A stretch of 64,000 bases of DNA. Source: Selaginella moellendorffii (Eukaryota; Plantae; Lycopodiophyta). Shown here in pieces: positions 25,256-37,947 of the stretch (positions are counted from its first letter, which is position 1; each line of letters starts with the position of its first letter). Location: the NCBI RefSeq assembly GCF_000143415.4, contig NW_003314376.1, positions 342,156 to 406,155 of the forward strand, read 5' to 3'. Under the pieces are notes generated by a model. It was given only the letters and a program-made list of their open reading frames with translations, was not told where the DNA came from and ran no database searches. A program made the position numbers and the translations under genes.

Positions 25256-27700
25256 ATGGCGGCCGTGGCCGCGGCGTTAGGGCCGCTCCCGCCGCGCCAT
25301 CACCAGATTCCCCGCGGAATCGGCTCCAGCAATCCGGGAAATGCGACTCCACTGCCGCCGCCGCCGCCGCCGCCGCATTCCCAGTCGCTCCTCTCGCAGC
25401 TCCAGCAGCACGATCGCGGTGAGCAGCAGCAGCATTTGGAGAATGAATCGCGGAAAGGCGATCGCGAGCTGGAGAAGAGCTTCCTGGAGGCGCTGTCGGG
25501 GCATCGAACGAGGAGCGCGCAAGAGACGCAAGAAACCCTAACCAGGTTAGTGGTGTGCTCGCCGAGTTCTTCCTCCTCCTCGCGAAGGTCTCGCCGCCTG
25601 TCCGTGACATCCGTGGGACGAGTCCTCCTCAATCTCAAGGATGCCGATGCCGCGCTCATCTTCTTCTACTGGGCCTCGAATCACATCCATCCCGCGACCT
25701 TCTGCTACAATTGCTTGCTCGAGGCGCTGGTGAAATCGGGCAGGCATCGCCAGGCCTATCGGATCTTCACGGAGGAGATGCTCCCAATCTGCCAGCCCGA
25801 TGTCTACACCTACGCGGCGCTCCTCCGGGGGTTCTGCCGTGGCGGAGAGATCGATCAAGCCCAGCGATGCTTCGACGAGATGCGATCCAAGAACCTGGTG
25901 CCCAACGTGTTCCTGTGTAGCATCTTGATCGACGGGCTGTGCAAGGCCAAGCGGTCGATCGACGCGCTGCGGTGCTTCCGCGCGATGCAAGGCTCCGGGA
26001 TCGTGGCGGACACGGTGATCTACACCGCGCTCCTCTCGGGGCTGTGGAAGGAGAAGCGGCTGGATCAAGCGCTGGCCATCCTACACGAGATGCGGGACCA
26101 TGGATGCGAGCCAAACGTGGTGACTTACAACTCGCTCATCGATGGGCTGTGCAAGAACAACGAGCCCGATCGCGCGCAGGAGCTCTTCGAGCATATGAAG
26201 AGCGTGGAGTGCTCGCCATCGATGGTGACTTACAACACGCTGCTAGATGGGCTCTTCCGGACTGGCAAGCTCGAGCGCGCCATGGCGCTCTTCCAGGAGA
26301 TGCTGGATCGCCGCTCCCACGACGTGATCTCCTTCAACATCCTCGTCACTGGGCTGTGCCGCGCCGGGAAGATCGAGACCGCGCTGGAGTTCTTCCGCAA
26401 GATGGACGATCGCTGCTCGCCAAACGTGATCACTTACAGCGTGCTCATCGATGGGCTGTGCAAGGCCAACCGGGTGAGCCAGGCGGTGGAGCTCCTGGAA
26501 TCCATGAAAGCTCGCGGCTGCTCGCCGGACGTGATCACCTACACGATCCTGGTGGATGGGCTTTGCAAGGAGAGCAAGGTGGCGGCGGCCTGGGAAGTTC
26601 TTCGCGAGATGCTCGACGCTGGATGCGTCCCCAACCTGGTGACTTACAACTCGCTGCTGCATGGGCTGTGCCGCGCGAGGCGAGTGAGCGACGCGCTGGC
26701 GCTCATGCGCGACATGACTTGCCGCGGCTGTACGCCCAACGTCGTGACGTACGGTACACTCATCGATGGGCTGTGCAAGGTGGGGCGAGTCAAGGACGCG
26801 TGCGCGATGCTGGCCGACATGATCGACAAGGGCGGTACGCCGGACCTCATGATCTACAACATGCTCATCAACGGGCTGTGCAAGGCGGACCAGGTGGACG
26901 AGAGCATCGCGCTGCTGCGCCGCGCGGTATCCGGCGGTATCAAGCCCGACGTGGTCACGTACAGCAGCGTCATCTACGGGCTGTGCCGCTCCAACCGCTT
27001 GGACGAGGCGTGCCGCCTGCTGCTCTACGTCAAGTCGCGCGGCTGCCCGCCCGACGTGATCCTCTACAGCACGCTCATCGACGGGCTTTGCAAGGCCGGC
27101 AAGGTGGACGAGGCGTTTGATCTCTACGAGGTGATGGCCGGCGATGGCTGTGACGCCGACGTCGTGACGTACAGCACGCTCATAGACGGGCTGTGCAAGG
27201 CCGGGAGAGTGGACGAGGCGCATTTGCTGCTGGCCAGGATGGTCCGGATGGGGACGCCGCCATCGACCATGACTTACAACTCGCTCATCAAGGGGCTGTG
27301 CGATCTCAATCACTTGGACGAGGCGATCGAGCTGGTGGAGGAGATGGAGCGGAGTAACTGCGCTCCCAGTGCCGTGACTTACAACATCCTGATCCACGGG
27401 ATGTGTAGGATGGAGAGGGTGGACTCGGCGGTGGTGCTGCTGGAGCAGGCCAAGGCGAGGTGTGTTGCCGCCGGCGGTACCGCGCTGGATACCATTGCGT
27501 ACAGCTCGCTTATTGATGGGCTGTGCAAGGCGGGCAGGGTGGCCGAGGCGCTGGACTACTTCCAGGAGATGATTGACAATGGTGTCATTCCAGATCATAT
27601 AACTTATAGCATCTTGCTAGAGGGGCTCAAGAAGAGCAAGGATTTGCATGAGCTGCGGCACCTAGTGCTAGATCAAATGGTCCAACTTGGGTACCGTTAA
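25256..27700 (+). CDS. P-class pentatricopeptide repeat protein (long array of 35-aa repeats)
   Basis: Intronless ORF with many 'PDVVTYS.LIDGLCKAG..DEA..L..EM...G' repeats. Likely start is MAAVAAALG (25256); the frame is open from 24887. Confidence 0.95.
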   Translation: MAAVAAALGPLPPRHHQIPRGIGSSNPGNATPLPPPPPPPHSQSLLSQLQQHDRGEQQQHLENESRKGDRELEKSFLEALSGHRTRSAQETQETLTRLVVCSPSSSSSSRRSRRLSVTSVGRVLLNLKDADAALIFFYWASNHIHPATFCYNCLLEALVKSGRHRQAYRIFTEEMLPICQPDVYTYAALLRGFCRGGEIDQAQRCFDEMRSKNLVPNVFLCSILIDGLCKAKRSIDALRCFRAMQGSGIVADTVIYTALLSGLWKEKRLDQALAILHEMRDHGCEPNVVTYNSLIDGLCKNNEPDRAQELFEHMKSVECSPSMVTYNTLLDGLFRTGKLERAMALFQEMLDRRSHDVISFNILVTGLCRAGKIETALEFFRKMDDRCSPNVITYSVLIDGLCKANRVSQAVELLESMKARGCSPDVITYTILVDGLCKESKVAAAWEVLREMLDAGCVPNLVTYNSLLHGLCRARRVSDALALMRDMTCRGCTPNVVTYGTLIDGLCKVGRVKDACAMLADMIDKGGTPDLMIYNMLINGLCKADQVDESIALLRRAVSGGIKPDVVTYSSVIYGLCRSNRLDEACRLLLYVKSRGCPPDVILYSTLIDGLCKAGKVDEAFDLYEVMAGDGCDADVVTYSTLIDGLCKAGRVDEAHLLLARMVRMGTPPSTMTYNSLIKGLCDLNHLDEAIELVEEMERSNCAPSAVTYNILIHGMCRMERVDSAVVLLEQAKARCVAAGGTALDTIAYSSLIDGLCKAGRVAEALDYFQEMIDNGVIPDHITYSILLEGLKKSKDLHELRHLVLDQMVQLGYR

Positions 27701-29106
27701 CGAGCATGCATATTCTAACTCTCCAAACATTTGAAGCAATTGTACCTTTTCATTAGTATATAATTTGAATAAAGCAATTTCTAACCAAAACAATATTATA
27801 TTGGAATATATATAAAATACACTTGGATACTACAATTTAATCTTTTATATATTGAATTATATTAATAAACTATTGTATTTTTATTATTCATATTCTTCAG
27901 TACTTACAGCACACATAAGTGTCAAAAAGAGTTGAATATTGTATTATAAAAAGAATTTTTCAAATAGTATAATTCAGTTAGAATCCTTATAAAGTGTATA
28001 TAATATAAAGTAATTAAGTATTAATTGAATTGTGCATGCATGCACATGCCTTGAACCATTAAAATTAAGATTCCAAACACATAAAATTTGGTTTAAAAAT
28101 GTTTTCTTAATGCTATATAACCTGGACCAAAAACCTATATGTTGCTTTATCTATTCCATTTACAATATTTAAAAAATAACTCTGGCCAAAGTATTTAGCA
28201 ACTAAAAAAGATAATCTAAAATAATATATATACTGTGAGGGCCAAGTTATATATAACAAAAAGCAATTACATGTGTATCTAGCAAATCAAATGCACAAAA
28301 CAAATTAAATATATTTCAATTAATTAATTTTTAAAAATAACTAGATTAAATTAGTTATTTATATGTATTAAATACTTTGTTTGCTTCACAAAGTTTACAT
28401 AATTTTATGGTGTAATCCAAATAAGGTCATAACGTTTGGTGCATTTTGTTATAATACTTTTCGCAGTGCATTATTACAAAAAAAAAGTTAACCATATTCA
28501 ATATAAAAGTCAGTTACATTCAAAAGAGTATTGTTTTGCTCTAATTTTTAATATAAGTTTTAATTACATGCGTTGGGTAAATACGCAAAATACATCTCAT
28601 GTTTAAAAATTGTTTGAGGTATGGTAGAATTAGTTTGTATAACACACAATCATAGTAGATTAATTTTGTGACTTAAAAAAACTTTGTAATTATTAAATGC
28701 ATAGATTTTGTGTTAATTTAGAAAATCTTAAGAAGTAAGAAATTTAATTTATTAAATAATTAATTTTTATTTATAAAACTTCAATAATTTAAGTATTCAG
28801 CATGATTATATGTATTATTATCCCACCAAACTTTTTAACTAAAGTAAAAAGAAATTACTTAAATAATTAAAAAAACTGTATAGTATTTAATATGTGACTT
28901 AAGACTATCTTTTCTATAGCAATATATAATTTTCTATATAAAATAATTTATATTAATTAATTTAAAATTATAATATATTATATTAAATTGATAGATTTTG
29001 TGTTTACAAAATAATGTATGTAAGATATGAAACTTAGTAACCAATTGAGGTTTTTAAATTTTATAATTTAAATAGTTATATTATATATAAAACTACAATA
29101 ATTTAA

Positions 29107-29979
29107 TTAATTTAAGCATTTAACATGATTATATGTTTTACTATCCCACCAAACTTCTTCACTATGTATTATATAAGATACTAAATTACAATCATTTTGT
29201 AGCCTAAGATAAGTAAATAAAAAGCAATTAGGAGTGTTAGAGCAATATTTATTAATAGACCACATTACTATATTTTCTTCTGTATATAATACAAGGTTAC
29301 CATCATTTTGAAGTTTAAGAAAACATAAACCATAATAACGTTTTGCAGTTTTTGTTTCCCATATAAAATTTTGTCCAGAGTAAAGTGAAACTTTACAATT
29401 TGACTCTACTAATAATATGTTTTTTCCATTTGGAGATATCATAAATTGGCCTTTAAAAATTATATTATTTATAAATCCTGCATTTAATTTATCATCACAT
29501 CTATTTCCAATCAAGAGTGGATTGTAATATGATAAAATTGAATTTAGCAAATTCTTAAAAAAGAAAAAGGAGTATTGAATTCGATAGTTATGAGTGTTGA
29601 TACTACAAGAATTTGAACGTGTGTTATCAATAACATGTCTATATCTTCGTAGTAAATTATTTAAACTACGATAAATTGAGATTCCATTAACTATATCCCT
29701 ATTTCTTTGCTCACAGAATTCATTAGCATTTGGTATTCGCTTAATTTGTGTAAGAGCAACACCTCTTGTAGCATCATAAGATAATGACTGTTCATAATTA
29801 TTTGGATAATCTCCATTTCTATTTATTTCATTTAAAAGAAAAGTTAGCTGATTAATAACTATTTGCATTTCTTCTTCATTTAAAGTGTCATTTCTACCCC
29901 AATAGATATATGCACTTGGAATACAATCTACATAAGAAATAATAATATCAAAACTTAATAATAAAATAATGATTACCAT
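29107..29979 (-). CDS. Secreted protein with a C-terminal bulb-type (GNA-like) mannose-binding lectin domain and an unassigned N-terminal domain
   Basis: 290-aa intact ORF in very AT-rich DNA. It has a hydrophobic N-terminus, a complete QxDxNxVxY site (LQNDGNLVLY), a second site (LQNDCNLVSY), and typical W-x-S/T-x-T strands. Confidence 0.8.
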   Translation of the reverse strand: MVIIILLLSFDIIISYVDCIPSAYIYWGRNDTLNEEEMQIVINQLTFLLNEINRNGDYPNNYEQSLSYDATRGVALTQIKRIPNANEFCEQRNRDIVNGISIYRSLNNLLRRYRHVIDNTRSNSCSINTHNYRIQYSFFFFKNLLNSILSYYNPLLIGNRCDDKLNAGFINNIIFKGQFMISPNGKNILLVESNCKVSLYSGQNFIWETKTAKRYYGLCFLKLQNDGNLVLYTEENIVMWSINKYCSNTPNCFLFTYLRLQNDCNLVSYIIHSEEVWWDSKTYNHVKCLN

Positions 29980-30520
29980 TTTGAGTTATAGATCATGGAT
30001 ATAAAGTATGATCTAAATTATCATATAATTTATATTATTATCTTATACTTATCCATATTGACAAAGATTAAATAGAAATAGTGAATATAATTTTTCTTAT
30101 TATGAAAAGCATATGGCCTACCTAGATAATTATCTCATATTCAAACACTTGGAAACCTGGGCCTAGGATCTGATGGCTGTGGGGTCCAGGCCCTAAACCC
30201 TAAACCCTAAACCTTAAACCTTTGTTTTTATCTTATTGAGTTATAGATCATGGATATAAAGTATGATCTAAATTATCATATAATTTATATTATTATCTTA
30301 TACTTATCCATATTGACAAAGATTAAATAGAAATAGTGAATATAATTTTTCTTATTATGAAAATCAAATGGCCTACCTAGATAATTATCTCATATTCAAA
30401 CACTTGGAAACACATATATACACATATATACATATACATATATATATATATATATAAAATAATGATTACCATTTTGAGTTATAGATCATGGATATTAAAG
30501 TATGATCTAAATTATCATAT
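29964..30520. repeat. Three tandem copies of the lectin gene's upstream/start region
   Basis: 29980-30156 is near-identical to 30236-30411. A third partial copy at 30456-30520 includes the start codon region. Confidence 0.9.
30191..30220 (+). repeat. Interstitial plant telomeric repeat (CCCTAAA)3 plus one degenerate unit
   Basis: CCCTAAACCCTAAACCCTAAACCTTAAACC. Confidence 0.85.
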
Positions 30521-30525
30521 TATCA

Positions 30526-30850
30526 TCATATATACATATATATATGTATATACATATGTATATGTATATATATGTATGTATATGTATATATATGTATGTA
30601 TATATATGTATATGTATGTATATATGTATGTATATGTATGTGTATATGTATATGTATATGTATGTATATGAATGTATGTATATGTATATGTATATATATG
30701 TATATATATATGTATATATATGTATGTATGTATATATGTATGTATATATATGTATGTATGTATATATGTATGTATATATATGTATGTATGTATATATGTA
30801 TGTATATATATGTATGTATGTATATATGTATGTATATATATGTATGTATA
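30526..30850. repeat. Compound TA/TATG microsatellite
   Basis: Direct inspection. It generates the spurious YIYI/MYVY ORFs. Confidence 0.97.
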
Positions 30851-33800
30851 GTGAGGTCTAAATATATAGCTATGATGCTATATACTATATTCATAGTGGT
30901 ATTTTAATAGTTGTGAAATTGGTTTCAATCCAAACCACTTGCTATTATATATAAGCTTGGATTTTTGGGCTAATTAATATGTATATTCTATATTCCATTT
31001 TAATATTCCATACACTCATATTGGTGGAGGTGTGGAATAATTTTGATTGTTCCTAGGGAGTGCTTGGATTTAGGATTTTGGTATCTAAATCTCACTTTCC
31101 TTGTACCTTTTTGAATTTCAGTTTTTGGCTTTTTTCCTTTTCATTCATCTTTATAATAGAGTAGTAGCTTCCTCCTTCTTTGACTCTAGAGCAATAGTTG
31201 ATGCAATTGTTCGATACCATATAATTGTAGTTGAACAATCAAACTCAATTGATAATAGCATTCATAGCATGTGGTTTATCTCCTCCTACTTTTACTGTTA
31301 ATCTTTACTTCCAACTAAAATTCTTTTGTGAGAATTTTGGGGATGAAGTATACTTTTGTTTTGATCACTTTATAGTGATTGCTACTTATCATTCTTGGGA
31401 TGATATTTGGCATTTGCATGAGTTTCTCATGTGTCTCCAAGTGATAATGTTATAATGATACAATGGTTTGAGTGCAACCATTCATGTGGATTGAAGCATT
31501 CTTCCAAATATCTTTAAACGTGTATTTGAATATACTGATGATTATGATAATGCCTTCCAACAATTGCATCATCTTTATTAAGGGTCATTTGAGTTAGTGA
31601 TGCAATTTGGTATTTGCTTTTGGAGCCTCTTGTTTCGTGTAAAACCAAATATGTTAAAACGGATCAAGTTGGTGTAGTGCACTTGAATTTGGAGTTAAAT
31701 TCCAAGTTTATTGTGCTACAAAATAAGGGTTTGGTACACTCTTAATCCCACAAGCATCAACTCCTCATATCTAGCATTTACATGCAAAACAGTATCAAAT
31801 GGTGTTTAGCATGATTTTGGCATACTAATGGCCTAACACAAAGAGGAGGGTACCCTACCGACTAAAGTAGCATGGAGTTTGGGCTTAAGCCCAAGCCAGA
31901 TGTAAAACAAGGAGTGACACAGCATAGCAGAAGCCAAATTAATGTCTCAGGTGGTCAAACATGCATTCTAACCACTATCTTTACTATATATTTAGAACTC
32001 CCCATAGCCCCCTCCCCCCCTTGAAGAACACAAGCTTTGGGCTTTCACCCCAAGCCTCCCTTAGTATCAAAAGTTAGTCTTTGGGACAAGCGTGAAACTT
32101 ACTAAATATGGAATGGTATTAGATTGCAAATTTGGAAGCAGAAACAATATCATAGGGTTTAGGACATTCTCTACATTCTATAGATATGCCTCTTGGGCGG
32201 ATCTAAACACCTACCATAAATAGCATATGGATCCAGAATGGAACTAACACATAGGGCATAATAGTAAACGTGTTTGGCAAGCACAGTAAGCTACTATATA
32301 ACAATATTTAGGGACTAGTCTCAATATCGTGGGGGTTCCCAACACTAGCAAGGGCAAATCAATGAATGAGTTTCTCTAACCAGATCAAGTATACATGACT
32401 TAAAGCATTTAGGAATTCTGTTCTTATACTCATCTAGTCAAATGCACATGCGATAATCAGTTTCTCAATTAGCTTGAGTGGAGATTATAAAGGGAACCAA
32501 CAGTATTGACCTCCTACTGTCATGGCAATAAGGAGAGAGTGTCCGAAAGGACTATCTGACAATCTTTCGATACTCGAAATCACATTCACGATAGTTGGGA
32601 ATGTTGTGGCTAGCACTTTATCAAGATTTTATAAGACTTGTACATGCACTTGTTCTAGCCACTCTTGATGATGCTCTTCGACTGGCATAATGTTATAAGA
32701 TATTGCCTCTTCCACTTGTTACACGTTCTTTCTTGTGAAAGATGGTTCTGTTATGATGGAGTTTGATGTTGGTGCTACCTATGTTCAAGGACAAAGGCAA
32801 AGACATGGTCATAGCCATAATATCCACAGTTAGGCATATGATGATATTGATCACATATATCAGTGTTGTTAATATTTTCTAGATTGGCATCCTCCATTTC
32901 CTGAGTGGAGGCCTTAGTATCAACAATATCCTATTAGTGTTGCTATAGTAGACAATCTTGATATAGAGATTTTTTCAAAAAGTGAGGAGTCATATGAGTA
33001 ATAGAAGGTTCTTGTGCAAATAAGTCAAAGACCCTTCCATCTTTTTTTTTAGAGTACCATCAAGGGGTTCACTTGGCACCAATTCATTCAGTGTTTACTT
33101 TCTAAATTCATTTTTATAACAAGAGGTCTATTATTATTCTCTTTATATTGGTTAATATAGGATCAAGTTTATCTTCTATTGTTCGGTATAGTGCTACATA
33201 TTACCATTTACAATTGCGTTGTGCAGTAGAATCAATCTTCATTCTTTATAGTAATGGTTGTACATATGCATATACACAAAATGAGGTGGATCTAGTTGTG
33301 CATATGAGAGATCTCAAGCCTAAACTTTAAATGTTACTGGTGGTGCCGATTTAAGTTTTTGACCTCATCCTTGATATAGATTAGTTGTAGTGCAATTATG
33401 CTAAATGGACTTTAAAGCTTCTCCCCCTTGTCTCATACATTTTCATATTTTTTTCATTCCTTTCACTTCCATTTTTGTTCATCCCTTCGCTTCTACTTTT
33501 GCTTTTGTTACTTTTGTGTCCCCATTACTTTTTATTATATTTCCATCCTACTCCTTTATTCCCTCTCTAGACCCCTTCGACAGTCTTTATGTCACAGTGG
33601 TAGACCGACTTAATATTGATCTCTTCAACTTTAATCTGTCATTTGGGGCTAAGATTGCAACATATCATCCTATTTCAACTAGAGATGCTCGTAAAATTAA
33701 GATTTTTATTCAGTGTTGGTCACCAAAGAAGATCAAGATTTTACTCGCAAACATCAAGAAAATATTAGAGAATTTTGGATATATACCCCTTTCACATTGT

Positions 33801-36437
33801 TGATTTTTTGGATTGTCTAGGGAGAAGTTGTTGGTTCACCAAATTAAATCTTGTTTCTAAGTATTCACAAATGCTAATGGTTGAGAAAAATGTTCCTAAG
33901 ATTGTTTTTTATACACCATTTGGTTTGAACAAGTCTTGATGATGCTGTTCAATTTGAATAATGCTTCAATGACTTTTCAGCAGATGATAAATGAAGTCCT
34001 TTGCAATATGTTGGACGTGACTGCTAACTTTATCAATAATGTTTGGATCTACTCAGAGGGGACGTGGGAGGAGCACATCCATAATATCAATAAAATATTC
34101 AATTAATAATAGGAAGTTGGTTTAAAGTTGAAGGAATCTAAATGCATATTTAGGTCCAAGGACACGAGTTATCTTGGGTACCATATTCTTCTTAAAGGTT
34201 TGCAAGTTAATCTTAATAAACTTGTGGCTATTCTAAAGTTCCTTACTTCAAAGTGTGTGAATGATGTGAAGTGCTTTTTAGGCAAGGTGTAGTATCTCAA
34301 TCATTTCATTAATCATTTTTCTAATCATACTACACTGTTGCAAGTGTTGTTGAAGTCATCAACATTGTTTTCATTTGGTTTATAAATTGTGAGCAGGCAT
34401 TTATAGATCTCAAAGAGTTGTTAACGACTCCTCCAGATTTAGTATATCTTGACTACATTTACCTTTCATTTTGCATGTGGATGCTTTTGATATCAGTCTT
34501 GAAAGTATGTTAATGCAAGAGAATCTGAGTGTGTTTAGTTAGTGCCATCCCATTATATACATCAACTATACATTACAACTAATAGAGGTGAACTACTCTA
34601 TAATTCAGGAGTGTTTAGTAACAATTTAGGGTTTCAAAAAGCTTTATGTATATTTGCATGGTTTTTAGACATTACTAAAAGGTGATTATATTATGGTTAC
34701 TTTGTTATTAAAGCGAAAGAACTTAGTTGATTATACTATAATTTCAAAGTTGTTTATCACTTAAGGAGTTCTATAATTGATGCTAATGCTCTTTCTTAAA
34801 CTCCTCTCCTTTTTTGACTCTCTTCTCCTATTTCTAATGAGTTTGTTGTTTTAGCATTAATGGATTTTTAGACGAGGATGCTATGCCATTGGTGGTTGTT
34901 ATACATGATGTTTAGTGTTCATAAAGTGTGGAGCAAAATTTGCCTTTTCTTGACGAGGTTCGTGAGGTTCAAAAAGTTAAGCCATGGATCCAAAGATTTT
35001 GTGATGGGTTTGAAAATCTTGCATCACTTGCTAATAACTTGTTATTTCAGGATTTATAATCTTAATATCACTTTGAGGATGACTTTCTTTATTTTGTTAA
35101 CACTGATCTTGATGATCATTTATGGCTGATGGTGCCTTTAATATTCATTTCACACTTTCTCTATGTTTATCATAACTCTCCTATTCTAGATAGGCATATA
35201 GGATATTGGCGTTTGATTTAAAAGCTGCACAAGTCTTTCTATTAGCTAGAGATGTTATGTAATATTATTTGGTATGTGCGTAGTTATGATTGGTGCCAAC
35301 CCCTTTAAACTACAAAAGGACGATTGGAGTCAATTGCAATTTCTCGTCCATTTGAGTTGGTGGCATTTAATCTTATAAGGCTTTTTCCACAATCAGTTGT
35401 TAACAATGAGTACATCATTATTACCTCTGACTACTTGACTCATTAAGTGGAAATCAATGCTCTTACTAGTGCATTAACAATTGCTATTAGGTACTTGCTC
35501 CTCAATTGAGTGGTGTTTCAACATTCTTGTTTGGAGCGGATTTTTTCAGATAGTAGTCCCATATTTATGGTTGACACAATGCATGTTTTAACGTCTTGGC
35601 TGGACATATACCACACTTTCATGAGTGCTTCCACAAATAGATGGCTTTGTGGAATGGTTTATTTGGACCTTCAAAGGGATTATTGAAAAGTACATGAACT
35701 TTTAGCATTCAGATTGGGATAGTTATTTTCTATCTCTTTAGTATACATATATTACAGGGGTATAGAGTTTTGTTAATACTTCACCATATAAACTCCTATA
35801 TGGTCATAATCCAATCTATTAACAGAATTGGGTTTACCTACCACAAGTTGTTGATGCTAGGTTTTGGGATTAGTATTTAAAGAGCATTCTGCCATTTGTC
35901 CAAGAGGAATTTACTGAACACTTAGGCTACATACATGTGGGACAATAACAGTGTTACAACTCCAATCATCATCCATCTACAAAGTACAAAATGGACAATT
36001 TAGTGTTGGTCTATTTCCTAATCTTACAATAGGTGGTTTGTGTAAGGATCTTTTTACTCAATGGAAGAGACTATATTAGGTGTTGCAGCAAGTTGGACCA
36101 CAAGTTTATAAGGTTCAGCATAATATTCAATAAGCCAATCTTGCAGCAATTAAAACACTTTATACAAAGGGATTAAAAATAATTAACACTATTTACAAAT
36201 CTATCAATGCCTCCTCCTCCTAATGTTCCTCCAAATCCCAACCCATTTACGAAAGAACCATGACAGTTTTCTATCATTCTGAGTCTAAGTGTACAGCTAT
36301 AATGCTATATACTAATATTAACATAGTGGGATTTTAATAGCTATTGAATTGGTTTCAATCTGGACCACTCGCTCCTGTATATAAGCTAAGGTTTTTAGGC
36401 TAATTAAAATGTATATTTTTATATTCCATACACTCAC
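30851..36437 (+). mobile_element. Decayed Ty3/gypsy LTR retrotransposon, copy 1 (LTRs ~30851-31020 and ~36280-36437)
   Basis: Matching short LTRs, PBS TGGTGGAGGTG at 31022, and remnants of gag, protease, RT, RNase H and integrase in gypsy order. It is collinear with copy 2, the PPT is deleted, and it is flanked by TA microsatellite. Confidence 0.88.
31673..32593 (-). mobile_element. Nested solo LTR of a second family with 5-bp TSD GTTGG
   Basis: Absent from the equivalent site in copy 2 (~50260). GTTGG occurs at 31668-31672 and 32594-32598, the ends are TG...(C/T)A, and it is homologous to 50989-51551 and 36921 onward. Confidence 0.8.
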
Positions 36438-36672
36438 TATAATATATATATATATTCATTCTAGAATGAAGTGTCAATCATATACTTATTATCACTTTAG
36501 TATTACTAGAGTTGTCTTTGATCCTTGATAGAAAATTACTACTATAGCATTTACAATTTGACATAATCATAATTGTAGCATAGTTTGTCTATCCTCTTTT
36601 AACAGAAAAGGAGTAATTGTGTAATAATAGAAATTTTAGTGAATATTTTATTTCCAGTTATCCCTGTAGCAT

Positions 36673-36888
36673 ATGTGATCATGAAATAAAATTTAGATAT
36701 ATTGTCACTATGGATCCTTAGAACCTTAGGGGATAAATAGAGATAAAATAACCACTAAGGGCTCTCTCATCAAGCAATTGCCTTTTTTCCAATTGACTTA
36801 AAGGGAGAGAAATAGAGTGCATTATAATCCCCCAAGGTTCTAAGGAATTATAGTGATAATATATTAAAATATTATCTTATCATCACAT
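36673..36888. mobile_element. MITE-like foldback element with ~70-bp imperfect terminal inverted repeats
   Basis: TATATTGTCACTATGGATCCTTAGAACCTTAGGGGAT pairs with ATCCCCCAAGGTTCTAAGGAATTATAGTGATAATATA. The internal part recurs inverted at ~38181-38242. Confidence 0.7.
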
Positions 36889-36920
36889 CTATTAGACTCA
36901 CTCCTCTTTTAAGGTGTTGA

Positions 36921-37947
36921 TGTCACAAATATGATTACATGTATCTAAAGTTATTTATCGGCTAGTCCTGTTAGATATTCTTTCCTTACTGCCACGACAA
37001 TAAAAGGTTGGTATTGCTAATCCCTTTTTCAATCTCTGCCTAAGCTAATTGAGAAACTAGTGTTTGCATATGCACTTGACCAGATGAGCACAAGGACGGA
37101 ATTCCTAAATGCTATCAATTAAGCATACTTGATCTTGTTAGAGAAACTCATTTGTTAACTTGCACTTACTATTGTTGGGAACCCTTGCAATGTTGAGCTT
37201 GGTCCCTAAATGTTTGCCAAATGATAGTTTACCGTGTTTGCCAAACACTCTCACTATTATGCCCTTTATGTTAGTCTTATTTTGGTCTTAAATACTATTT
37301 ATAGAAAGTGTCTAAATTCATTCATTTGGTAGGTCTATGGAATGTAGAGATTATCTTGAACACAATGGTGTTCATCCCGTATCCAAATTCGCAATCTAAT
37401 GCCATTCCATATTTAATAAGTTTTGAGTTAGTCCTAGAGACTAACTCTTAGTACTAAAGGAGGCTAGGAGTGAAAGCCCAAAGTGTGTATTCCTCAAGGG
37501 GGGGTATCCAAATGTATAGTAGGGATAGTAGGTAAGTTGGGCATAGCCAACTAAGTTAAGGGATATTGTAGTTCTTGTTTGTGTGTATGTTCTTGCTCTG
37601 CATCCAGCTTGGGTCTAATCTTAAGTTCCACACCATGTTAGTTAGTGAAATACCCATATCCTTGCATTAGGCCATTGGTATGTTAAAAGAGTGCCAAACT
37701 CTATTTAGCTTCATTTTATATACTAGTTTTGGCATTAGAATGTTGGATGCTCTAGGATTGTTCTTATGTTGTTCCATACTCGTATCTTTTTGCTCTTTGG
37801 GCTGTACACTCAGGAGTCACTCTATGCTTCAATACTTTCGCTCCTTTGCTCCATATTTAAGAGTTTGGCTTTGTTCCTTCATTTAGTGGATTAAGACTTT
37901 GAAACTTGGGTTCTACACCACTATCTTTAAATATGTGGCATGTGACA
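36921..37947 (+). mobile_element. Third copy of the solo-LTR family (right end uncertain)
   Basis: Starts TGTCAC and is collinear with the reverse complement of 31673-32593 up to ~37750. TGTGACA at 37941-37947 is an inverted repeat of the start. Confidence 0.65.

Noticed and set aside
25939-27598. Long alternative-frame and antisense ORFs (393 and 451 aa) over the P-class PPR, and similarly 45664-46845
   Set aside because: They are shadow ORFs caused by high GC3 codon bias.
30462-30907. Four ORFs rich in Y/I/M/V
   Set aside because: They are translations of the TA/TATG microsatellite.
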